64,000 nt of DNA from Chiloscyllium plagiosum (Eukaryota). Position 1 is the stretch's first letter. Every line of letters begins with the position of its first letter. Shown here one piece after another: positions 11,809 through 23,184 of this stretch. The notes beneath the pieces were generated by a model. That model was not told the origin of the DNA. It worked only from the letters and a program-made list of their open reading frames with translations, and ran no database searches. The stretch is from the NCBI RefSeq assembly GCF_004010195.1, contig NC_057758.1:7146277-7210276 (forward strand). The letters are read 5' to 3'. Position numbers and translations under genes: made by a program.

Positions 11809-12816
11809 TTACTCAGAGAGTAGTAAGGGTATGGAATGCTTTGCCTGCAATTTAGTAAATTTGCCAACTTTAAGTACATTAAAGTCGTCATTCGACAAGC
11901 ATATGGTTGTACATGGAATAGTGTAGGTTAGATGGGCTTCAGATTGGTGTGACAGGTCGACGCTGTAATGTTCTATGGTTTTTGTTCTGTACCAACATTC
12001 TCCCCACGACCCTTCCTGGAAATAAGGACACACTTCCCGAAACGCACCTGTAAATTGTTAATATGGACATGCTTCACGAGACCCCGTCCCCGTAAATACT
12101 AGCAATTTCCCCGCCACAACCACTCATTCCTCGAGAACAGTCCTGTAAATATAGACACATACCCCGCTAACGACCTGTAAATGCCAACACACTCCCCTGG
12201 ACCCCTGCTGTAAATACTGACATACTCCCCGGGACCCAACCTGCAAATACAGGCTCTCTCACAGGAACGTCCTGTAAATACTGATACAGTGCCTGGGACC
12301 TGCCGTGTAAAACCTTGCCCACTCCCCAAGTCAACCCTGTAAATACCGTCACACTGCACAGGAACTCCACTCTTAGTACTGACACACTCCTCACACCACT
12401 CATGTAAATATAGACGCACTTCCTGGGACACGCCTGTAAATACTAACACACACCCCGAAGTGCAACTGTAAACAATGGCACACTCTCCTCCACATTCCTT
12501 TAAACGCCGAAACGCACTCTCTGGGCCCTCAATTTAAATTCTGCCACTTATGCGTGACACACGTGGAAATGCTGATGCATACCGCAGAACCTCCTGCAAG
12601 TACTGCCATATTGGCTGGGACGCACATTCACCCACCGTGTAAAGTCTAAGTTACTCCGCGGGACATCTCAGTAAATGCTGGCAATCTCCACGGGACTACA
12701 CTTGTGAATACTGGCACTATACCTGGGATCAGCCTGTAAGTACTAACTCACTCACCAGGACGCCCTGTGAATACTGACACACTGCCTGGGGAGACCCTGT
12801 AAATACTGACAAAATG

Positions 12817-13025
12817 GAGAAAGTGAGGACTGCAGATGCTGCAGATCAGAGATTAAAAATGTGTTGCTGGAAAAGCGCAGCAGGTCAGGCAGCATCAAAG
12901 GGGCAGGAGAATCGACGTTTCGGGCCTTCTTCAGGATTCTTGAAGAAGGGCATATGCCCGAAATGTTGATTCTCCTTTTCCTTTGATGCTGCCTGACCTG
13001 CTGCGCTTTTCCAGCAACACATTTT
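12817..13025. mobile_element. Fold-back Penelope-terminal-repeat element (family A) with 17-bp TSD
   Basis: Inverted repeat flanked by TAAATACTGACA(A/G)AATG at 12800-12816 and 13026-13042. Paralogous copy at 36024-36222. Confidence 0.85.
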
Positions 13026-14939
13026 TAAATACTGACAGAATGCCCAACACTTCCCTGTAAAAACTGACACGTTTCCCTGCACCCGCCTATTAATACCAAC
13101 CCACTCCCTTCGATTACCCTTTAAATACTAACACCCCTGGAATAACTACATGCTCCCAGGTACAGTCTCGCAACACCGACACAGTCCTTGTGACCCACCC
13201 TGTAATTATTGACTCACTCCCCACGATTCACCTGTAAGTACTGAAACACACCACGGGAGCCCCATATTAACACTGATATGCTCCCCGGGATCCCCACTGT
13301 AAAAACTGGCACAATCCACAAGACCACCCAGTAAATACTGACACTTTCCACCGGGACACCCCTGTCAATCTCCATGTGCCCTCCCCTATAAATACCAACT
13401 GTCTCTACGGTAACCCACTGGAAATGCTGATACACAGCCCAGGACCTCAGTAAAAACTGACACATTCCCCGGTACACCTCTTTTAATGCTGTCACACTGC
13501 TCAAGAACGCCACTGAAAATACTCACATATCCCCTGTTCCCCGAATAACTACCGAACACTGCACGGGAATTCGCGACTGAATACTAACACATCCTGGTAG
13601 ACTCCTCCATCACCCCCGTAAATACTGAAAATGCCCCGGGGTACATTCCTGTAAATGCTGACACATACCCCGGTGCACCCCTCTAAATACTGTCACACTG
13701 CCCAGGAACATGGATACATTCCCTGGAAAACCCTATAAATACGGACTGCTGCCTGGCAATTTCCCACTGAACATTAACACACAGCACAGGACAGCACGCC
13801 CTGTGAAAACCCGAAAAACCCGGGGAACCTTCCTGTAGCTCCTGACACACTCCTCGGCGCACACCTTTAAATGCCATCACAGTGCCCTGGAAACCCTCTG
13901 TAAATATTGGCACATACCCCGAAAGACGACCGTGTCCATAATGACACACTTCCCGGAAACTACCTGTAAATAACTACACACTCCCCTGTATAACCCCCGT
14001 AAATACTCACTCCCCTGTATACCCCCGTAAATACTCAAGTACTGCCCAGAACCCCCGTAAATACTGACCCCACTCCCGCTACATACCGAATTTCTCCGTC
14101 GGACTCCCCTGTCAATACTGAGATACATCATGAGACACACCAATAAACATTGACACACAACCCGGATCCCTCCTGTAAATACTGACACTTTCCCCACACA
14201 CCCTTGTAAATACTGACACAATACCTGGAAATCATTCTGTTAATACTGACACAGTCCCCAAGACCCCAATCCGGAAGTGCAGCAGCCTCCTCAAGTACAT
14301 CTGACACACTCAACATGACCACCCCGTAAATACCGACTCTTTCCACCGGGACACCACTGTACATACTGCCATTTATCCCAGTAACTCTCTGCAAATACCT
14401 ACACACTCCCTCTGACCACCCCTGTAATTCTTGACACACTCCATGGCATCCCCTATAAAAATGAACTTTCTCTCCCCAGGAGCCCTGTAAATGCTGACAC
14501 ATTCTTCAGAACACCCTTGTAAATGTCGTCACACTGTCCTGTTACCTTTCCCCCACCCCCAAAGACTGACACATTTCCCGTAAATAATGACACATTCCCG
14601 GGGATCGCCCCTGCAAGTAGCGACATACTCCCTTGCACACACCCCTGTAAATATTGACCTACGCCCTGGAACTCCCACTAAATACTGAAACACTCCACGT
14701 GACTCAACTGTAAATAACAATACACTCCACGCGACCCCCGTAAACACTGACACATTCCCCAGGACCACCTGAAAATACCGACACTTTCCCCGCCACATCC
14801 CAATAGATGCTGACACATACCCCTTTAACACCCTGCAAATACTGACACACTCCCTGGGACCAACGCCCAGGAAGTAATGGCACCCTCCCTGAGACCACGT
14901 CTGTAAATACAGACACTGTCCCCCGGAACCACTCTGTAA

Positions 14940-15227
14940 AGATTAGATTCCCCGACAGTGTGGAAACAGACCCTTCTGCCCATCAAGTCTGCACTCAGCA
15001 GCAAGATCCATTTCCCTCTGACTAATGCGCCTAAAACTCCAGGCAATTTACCTTGGCCAATCCATCAATCCTACACATGTTTGTACGGTGGGAGGGAACT
15101 GGAGCACACGGAGGAAACTACTCAGACACGGAGAGAATGTAGAAACTACACAGACAGTCAGGATTCGAACCTGTGTCACTGGCCCTGTGAGGCGGCAGTG
15201 CTAATCACTGAGCCATCTTGGCGCCCC
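14940..15227 (-). mobile_element. tRNA-derived SINE (HE1-like) inside satellite
   Basis: GATTAGATTCCC tail through GCAGTGCTAATCACTGAGCCA head, reverse orientation. Confidence 0.85.
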
Positions 15228-17162
15228 AAATATTGCCATATTCCCCAAGAACCCCTATAAATTCCGATACTCTCCTCTGAATCCTCTGCAAATACTGACA
15301 CACTCACCGAGAAGATACCAGTAAGTTATAACACACTTCCTGTTACGATCCTGTGAATACTGACACACTCACCTGGGACACCCCCTGTAAATACAGACGA
15401 TCTCGCTGTGACCCCACCTGTAACTACTGGCACACGCTACGGAAACACCCTTGTATATGCCAAGAAAGTCCACAGGGACACCCCCGTAAATACTGATGCA
15501 CTCGTCGGGACATCCTTATAAGTACTGGTACTCTATTCAGGAACCCACTGTAAATACTAACACACAGCACAAGTGTCCACTGAGAATACCGACTCACTCC
15601 CCGGCATCACCCTGAAAAGACTGACACAGTCGCTGGGCGTCCCCTGTAAATAATGATACATTCCCGTGGAGGGCCCTGTTCATACTGAAATGCTTCCCGG
15701 GAGACCTCCTGTAAATACCGGCACAGTCCATGGGAGCACCGTGCAAATACTGACATGCTCCGCAGGACACCCCTGTAAACACTGACACGCACCACAGGAC
15801 CACACTGTAAATGGTGACACCCACCCCCCCATGCCCCCGTTAAATACCAACGCACTCCCTGGAGCCAAGCCCTGTAGATACTGACACACTCCACGGGACC
15901 CTCCCATAATTACCATTACTCACCTTGGGAAATACCTGTCAATACAGACATACTCCTTGGTATCCCCTGCAAATCACAGCACACTTCCCGGGATGCTGTG
16001 TGTAAATACAGACACTCTCTCTGCGATGCCCCATGTAAATGTCAACGCACTTGCAAATAAGGACATCCTCACTGGGACCCCCTGTAAATACTGACACAGT
16101 CCCTAGGTTTTGTCCTGTAAATACTGAAACACTCCCCAGGACACCACCTGTATATACTGACACACTCCCCAGGACACCACCTGTAAATACTGACACACTC
16201 CCCAGGACACCACCTGTAAATACTTACACACTTCCGAGGAGCCTCCTGTGAATCCTGGCAAACTCCCCAAGATCCCCCTGTAAATAACAATACACTGCCT
16301 GGGAGCCCCTCCCCGCTTCCCGGGACACCCATGTTAACACCGACACACTTCCACACACTTCCGAGGAGCCTCCTGTGAATCCTGGCAAACTCCCCAAGAT
16401 CCCCCTGTAAATAACAATACACTGCCTGGGAGCCCCTCCCCGCTCAATAAATGCAGGCACTCTCCCCGGGACCCCTCTGTAAATAGCGACACTATCTCAG
16501 GACGTAACCCCTGTAAATACTGACTCAACCCCAGGGACACCTCTTCTAAATATCGACACACTTGCTGGGACAAATCAGAGAATCCTGGCACATCCCCCGG
16601 ACGCCCCTGCAAATAATGACACACTGCCTGAGAGCCCCTCTGTAAATACGGACACTCTACCCGCAGACCCTTTTTAAATATCGACACTCCCAGGACACAA
16701 CCGCTGTAAATGCCGACTCAGCCCCAGGGTCACCCCCCTGTAAATATCAACACAGTCCCCAGAACCAACCTGTCAATACTGACACGCTTCCCGGGACACC
16801 CATGTTAACACCGACACACTTCCCAGGACCCACTTGAAATACTGGCACACCTTCCGGAAACCCCTATAAATGCCGACTATGTCCTCAGGACCCCACGATA
16901 AATGCAAACACACTGCATGGAACCGTCCTTGAAATGCTGACTCATTCCCAAGTACCCCCTGGTAAATACCAATACACTCCCTAGGATACTCTGTGTTTCC
17001 CAACACTCTCCCTGGGACCTCCCTGTAAATATTGACACACTCCCTGGTATCCTCCTGTTAATAATGACACACTCTCTGGGACGCTCGCTGTTAATGCAGA
17101 CACTCTCCCTGGGACATCCCTGCAAATACCCACACACTCCACAGCACTTCCCTGTAAACATG

Positions 17163-17481
17163 AGATTAGATTCTCCACAGTGTGGAAACAGGTCTTTCAG
17201 CCCAACAGGTCCACACCGCTCCTCCAAAGAGAAACCCACCAAACCCATTCCCCTACCCGATAATCACCCCGGACTAACGCATCTAACTCTTTGGGTACTT
17301 CAGCCTGGCCAATTCACCTGAGCTGCACATCTTTGCATTGTGGGAGGAAACCGGAGCACCCGGAGGACACACACGCAGACACAGGGAGAATGTGCAAACT
17401 CCACACAGACAGGCAGAAATCAAAAGAAAGGACCTGGTGCCGTGAGGCAGCAGTGCTAACCAGTGAGCCACCATGCCGCCC
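17163..17481 (-). mobile_element. tRNA-derived SINE (HE1-like)
   Basis: Full head, core and tail in reverse orientation. Confidence 0.88.
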
Positions 17482-18044
17482 AATACTGACACACATTGGG
17501 AGCCCCTCTAAATACTGACATGCTCCCCGGACACAACTGTAAATACCGTCACATTGCGCGGGAACTCCACTGTAAATACTTCACACTTATCAGGGCCCCC
17601 CTGTAAATGCTGAAAATACCGCAGGAAATTCCGTGTGCACAATGACCACCATGGAACTACTCACAATCTCCCTGGGAACACATTGAAAATACCGCTACTC
17701 TCCCCGGACCACGCACATGCATTTCGATGGTGTCCCCCTCAGCCCCACTGTAAATACTTACATTCCACACAGGATCCACCTATAAATCCCGACAGTCTCC
17801 TCGGAAACCCCCTGTAAGTAATAACGCACTGCCTGCCAGTCCCTTGCTAATACCGATACTCTACCAGACTACCCTGTGTTTCCCAACACTCTCCCTGGGA
17901 CCTCCCTGTAAATATTGACACACTCCCTGGTATCCTCCTGTTAATAATGACACACTCTCTGGGACGCTCGCTGATAATGTAGACACTCTCCCTGGGACAT
18001 CCCTGCAAATACCCACACACTCCACAGCACTCCCCTGTAAACAT

Positions 18045-18363
18045 GAGATTAGATTCTCCACAGTGTGGAAACAGGTCTTTCAGCTCAACAGGTCCACACC
18101 GCTCCTCCAATTAGAAACCCACCAAACCCATTCCCCTACCCGATATTTACCCCTGACTAACGCATCTAACTCTGGGCACTTCAGACTGGCCAATTCACCT
18201 GAGCTGCACATCTTTGCATTGTGGGAGGAAACCGGAGCACCCGGAGGACACACACGCAGACACAGGGAGAATGTGCAAACTCCACACAGACAGGCAGGAA
18301 TCAAAAGAAAGGATCCTGGTGCTATGAGGCAGCAGTGCTAACCACTGAGCCACCGTGCCGCCC
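18045..18363 (-). mobile_element. tRNA-derived SINE (HE1-like), copy made by local ~880-bp duplication
   Basis: Closely similar to 17163-17481, including both flanks. Confidence 0.88.
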
Positions 18364-19084
18364 AATATTGACACACACTGGGATCCCCTCTAAATACTGA
18401 CATGCTCCCCCGACACAACTGTAAATACCGTCACATTGCACGGGAACTCCACTGTAAATACTTCACACTTACCAGGGCCCCCCTGTAAATGCTCAAAACA
18501 TCGCAGGAAATTCCGTGTGCACAATGACCACCATGGAACTACCGACAATCTCCCTAGGAACACACTGAAAATACCGCTACACTCCCCTGGACCACCCACA
18601 TACATTTCGATGGTGTCCCCCTCAGTCCCACTGTAAATACTTATATTCCACACAGGATCCACCTATAAATACCGACAGTCTCCTCGGAAACCCCTGTAAG
18701 TAATAACGCACTACCTGCCAGTCCCTTGCTAATGCCGATACTCTACCAGACCATAGCCCCCCACCCCGTAAAAACTGACACACTCGCGAGAAGACACACT
18801 CCCTGGGAACCCCTGCACATGCTTATATTCTTCTCAGAAACGCCCTGTAAATACCAGCACACTCCCTGGGACGCAGCGCTTACATGCCATTGCGCTCCCC
18901 GGACACCCCGTAATGACTGACACTCTCCAGGATTCCCCTGTAAGTACCAAAGCGCTCACCCGAAGACCCTGTATACACCGACACGCTCGTCAGAACACAC
19001 CTGTGAATATTGGCACACTTCCAAGAACCCTTCTGTAAATATTGATAGGCACCCCAGGAATCCCCGTTAAAATGTGATACACTC

Positions 19085-20760
19085 TTGTCCCACTCTGTCT
19101 CATCCTCTCTTTCTAATACACCTCTCTCTCTGTCTCTCTCTTCCACCCTCCCCGTCCCTATTTTACTCTTTACCTCCCCACTTTCTGTATCTCTAACCCA
19201 CTCACATACTCTCTCTCTACGACCTCCCACTCTCTCTCCCTACACCATCCCAATCTCTTCCTACGCTCTCTCTCTACCCCACTCTCTTTACCCTTCCTTC
19301 TCTCGCTGCAAATATCTCCCACTCTCCTCTTCTCTCTTGCTGTACCCGTCCCACTACCTCTGCCCTCCTGCCAATCTACCTCTGCCCTCCCTCTGTTTCT
19401 CTCCCCACTCCCTCTCTCTCATTGTTTCCCCACTCCAACTCTCACTCTGTATACTTCACTCTCTCTCCCCACTTCCACCCTCTTTCTACACGCTCCCACC
19501 CTCTCTCTTCCCTACCAATCTCTCTCTACCCCCTCTCACTCTCAATCGCTGTACCCCACCCACTCTCTTTGCCACCTCCTACTCTCGCTCTCTAAAACTT
19601 CCCTCTCTCTATCCCCTCTCACAGTCTATATCCTCTCTCTGCCTTTTCCCCCGACTCTCTCGCCACTGAAATATTTCCCATTCTCACTATCTCTCTTTCT
19701 CTACCCCGTCCCATTCTCTCTTCCCTCCTCCAATTCTCTCGCTACCCTTCCCACTATCTGCCTCTCTCTACCCCCAGTCTCTCCACACCTCCTAATCTCT
19801 CTCTCTCCACCTTTCCACTCTCTCTAAATCCCTCCTACATTCTCTCTACGCCCCTCCAACTCTACCTAAGTAACCTATTGCCTCTCTACCCCTCCCTACC
19901 CCTCTTCCTGCATCCCAGTCTTTCTATCTGCCTCCCTCCCACACGCTCTCTCCTCCCTCCTCGCACTCTGTCTCGATCTACGCCTTCCCATCTCTCTACC
20001 ACACCAACACTCTCTCTTTCTCTCTCTATCCCACTCCCTCTATGTCTCCCTACTCCCTTACTCTGTCGTTTTCTCAATCTTCCCTGCTCCCATTCTCTCT
20101 GTCTACCCCCTCTCTCTACCGCCTTCTCCCTCTCTCACTTTACCCATTCCCACTATGTCACTCCACCGCCTCCAATTCTCTCAGCCCTCTGCATCTCTCT
20201 CTCTCTCTCTCTAACCCGCTCCCTTTCTCTCTTTCTCCTACTCTCTATCTCCCTCCCTTTCCATCTGACAGAATCTCGCTTCCTCCCTCTCTATCTAACA
20301 CACACTCTCTCGCTGGTCCTTCCCTCTCCCTCTGCTCCAGAGAGCGGGGAGGAGTGGGTCCGGCGGTGTTGGGTGGTGGTACAGAGGTTAGAGGGATATG
20401 GGGTTTGGGAGGAGGGAGAAAATGGAGGAGAATTGGAAAGGCGGGATGTAGACAGAGGTTGCAGGAGAGTGAGAGAGAAATAGAGGGAGGGTGAGAAGAG
20501 TTTAGGTAGTTGGAGCGACGAGGTAAGAGACAGAGTGAGTTGGGGCAAGAGATACCGAAAAGGAGAAGAGCAGAGGAAGAGAGGGATTGAGGAGAAAGAG
20601 CGAGAGAGAAATGAGGAGGCGAAAGTTGGGAAGAGGAAATGGGGAAAGCGTTCAAGAGAAGGGATGAGGGGGAGGAGTGAGAGTGAGCGTTTGAAGTGAG
20701 TGAGAAAGAGAAGGATGTGATTGAATGGAGGTGGAGGAAACGCAGTCGAGAAATGAACTT
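19085..20760. repeat. Low-complexity CT-rich tract (19085-20338) switching to GA-rich tract (20339-20760)
   Basis: Direct inspection. The switch occurs at CTCTGCTCCAG/AGAGCGGGGAGG. Confidence 0.9.
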
Positions 20761-20973
20761 TGCTGAAGGCCAGGTAGGAATGGGGGCAACCTCAAGGTGA
20801 AAGCAAGGACAGAGGGAGTTACACCCAACTCCTGAGCTCATGTTTCAGTTCTCTCTGCTTCCCTGAGAACCAGGACTTGGAGCTGAGTCTGTCTCTCTCC
20901 AGCTCAGCTTCTTCAAGACAAAGACAAACATGAACATCACTGACTGTGCTGCTCGTCACATTTAATGAACATT

Positions 20974-20979
20974 TTTATT
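20974..20979 (-). terminator. Candidate polyadenylation signal of GPCR copy 1
   Basis: AATAAA on the minus strand about 245 nt past the stop, followed by GT-rich sequence. Conserved in copy 2. Confidence 0.55.
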
Positions 20980-21222
20980 GTTTCCAAAACTGAAGTAATT
21001 GATACAGTCAGTGCGATGGTGCCTTTTCTCACTGGCCACTGAGTTGAGAGAAACTTTAAAATAAGTCCCCTTGTCCCTTTAACCACACTCACCCCCCCCT
21101 CCCCCCGCCACCCGTGGGATAAGGATGGAGAAACCAAAGCTACCCTCAGTCTGTTACAATAAGAATAGGCTGCTCCATCGCTGAAACACTGAACTGAAAT
21201 GAGAAAATCCCGGATGGATTGA

Positions 21223-22130
21223 TTAATGAGTGAATTTAATTGATTGGTTAATTTCGGTGAAGGGATATTTCAGCACATTCTTCAGCTGCTGTCTGAACTT
21301 AGTCTGGGTCACGACATAAATCGCGGTGTTTGTGCAGCAACTGAGGAGCTGCAGCATGAAGCCCAATTCCTGAACGAAAGGATGGGGAATCACAGGCGTA
21401 TCCAAGATCCAATACATTCGGTTCCATATAGAATACATCATTAACGTTCACCATAACAGGATGAAATTGGCCGAGATCACAAACAGTAAAATGATGGAAA
21501 CCTTTCGGTTTTTCATTTCAGTGTCAGACTGAGCGTCCCCATTGGTGTGAGCCCGGAGTCTCCTGCGGGCTCTGCTGGTGAATGAAATGTGTCGGACCGT
21601 AAACACATTGAGCAGCAGAATCAGGAGAAATGGGAGAGCCGGAGTTAGAATTTGGTGGAGGAACTCAGTTGTGACCCAGAAACGGGAGGAATAAGCGCCA
21701 TCTGTTGCAACACAAAACCAGGGGTCATTTCCCAGCCGATACCGAGCGGTGAGCAAAAAATACCAGAAAATGTTCTTTGAGCAGCTCAGCACAGCCACTG
21801 CTCCTAGAATCACAGCCGCCGTTTTCTCACGGGAATATCTACTTTTCAGCTTTTGGCAACAAATGGCCACAAACCGATCAAAGGTGAAAGTGACGGTGAA
21901 CCAGACAGAACAGTCAGTGGCTGCATAAAGCAGGACGGCGTGGATATTACACACAGGGATTTAGTACAGGAAATAAAACTTTGTCCGATAAGCAATGGGA
22001 ATGTGTCTCAATGTCAAGTCGAGGATAATAACCAGTAGATCCGCCGCTGCCATAGACCCCAAGTAACGTCTGACACATGGAGACAATCCACAATCTTTAT
22101 ATAGCAAGACATAGATCGTCACTATGTTAA
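21223..22130 (-). pseudogene. Class A GPCR (GPR139/GPR142-like) pseudogene, main coding exon
   Basis: Same 908-nt exon as 44436-45343, with MAAADLL, TFDRFVAIC and NTAIY motifs. In-frame TAA at 21961-21963 (TCC in the paralogue) and TGA at 21448-21450 (TCA in the paralogue). Acceptor AG at 22131-22132. Confidence 0.9.
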
Positions 22131-22735
22131 CTGTGAGGAAGGAAAAGAAATATATTATCCATCTGACAGGAGGCAAAGTCACCAGTTTGATTGAAGAGTC
22201 AGTGAGATTTTTCAAATGTGTCACGGCATTCAGTGATTAACTAAAATGATTGGAGCTGAAATAAAAATGGGAAGGTTTGTATTATGGACACAAATTTGTC
22301 ATAGAACACATGAAACCCTCCCTCCCCAAACACACAGAGGCACATCCATAAGAACAGGTGGTTTCCAGAACATTCCGATACACTTGATCACTCCAAAGCA
22401 AACCCAAGTCACTGGTTCGAGATTTTAATACAGAGGTTGAAAATGGTGCTGTCGTCAAGGATTCTCTCTCAGTTCCTTGAAGACAAACGGAGGTTGGAAA
22501 TTTCTGTCTTTCAGTCGAAATTGTATTTGAACCAAGTGAAAAAATGGAAATGCAATGAAAACGTATTCACATCTTTAACTGTCTGAGATGACTTTGGAAC
22601 AGAGTGTCCTTCTCTCTGGAACGGGATCTCTTCCCTTTGGGTCTTATCTTTTGTTCAATTCACTGACGTTTGGCCGTTCACAAATGATGTCAGAGATGGA
22701 ATGGTCCAGAGAATGTCGATTATAGAATGTACGGG

Positions 22736-22940
22736 GAGAAAGTGAGGACTGCAGATGCTGGAGACCAGAGTTGAAAAGTATGGTGCTGGAAAAGTGCAAC
22801 AGGCCAGGCAGCATCCGAGGAGCAGGAGAATCGACATTTCTGGCATCAGCCCTTCTTTAGACCTATGCCCTAAACGTCGATTCTCCTGCTCCTCGGATGC
22901 TGCCTGGCCTGCTGCGCTTTTCCAGCACCACACTTTTCTA
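22736..22940. mobile_element. Fold-back Penelope-terminal-repeat element (family A)
   Basis: Inverted repeat flanked by TATAGAATGTACGG (22721-22734) and TATAGAATATACGG (22942-22955). Confidence 0.8.
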
Positions 22941-22941
22941 C

Positions 22942-23180
22942 TATAGAATATACGGTACAGAATGATCTGGGGATGTTTATTATAAAATGTTGGGTACAGT
23001 ATGTTCAAGAGCATTTCAGTTATGGATGGTCGGGTAGAGAATGTTATGGGTCATGTAAGTTATGGAATGTTGGATACAGAATGTTCCTGGGAATATCAGT
23101 TATAGAATGTGGGGTACAGAATTTTCCAGCAATGTCATTTATAAATGTTGGGTAGAGAACATTCCATGAAATTTTCAGTG
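22942..23180. repeat. Degenerate 40-bp minisatellite, about 6 units
   Basis: TATAGAATGT.GGGTACAGAATGTTC..GG.AT.TCAGT at 22942, 22981, 23021, 23061, 23101 and 23140. Also at 46142-46380. Confidence 0.8.
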
Positions 23181-23184
23181 GCCA

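Larger units (their letters stand above)
11325..11985 (+). mobile_element. CR1 LINE 3' end, interrupted by a fold-back element
   Basis: QRRFTGILPG..SYEERLRDLRLFS..RLRDDLIETYKIIRGLDR..FFTQRVV, resuming after 11808. Confidence 0.9.
11990..19085. repeat. Degenerate ~33-bp satellite array, copy 1
   Basis: Recurrent core CCCCTGTAAATACTGACACACT plus a variable linker. Near-perfect 33-bp units at about 16140-16225 translate as PRTPPVNTDTL repeats. Confidence 0.92.

Noticed and set aside
13214..18920. Many ORFs with VSVFTG, CQYLQG or PVNTDT repeats (also 35-42 kb and 54-60 kb)
   Set aside because: They are translations of the ~33-bp satellite, open in several frames, with no frame conserved between paralogous arrays.
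11990..19085. CRISPR array (conserved repeat plus variable spacer appearance)
   Set aside because: The cores are degenerate, the linkers are only ~11 nt and related to each other, there are no cas genes, and the context is vertebrate. It is a satellite.
19085..20841. ~200-aa Leu/Ser/Pro-rich ORFs
   Set aside because: Artefacts of stop-poor CT/GA low-complexity sequence.
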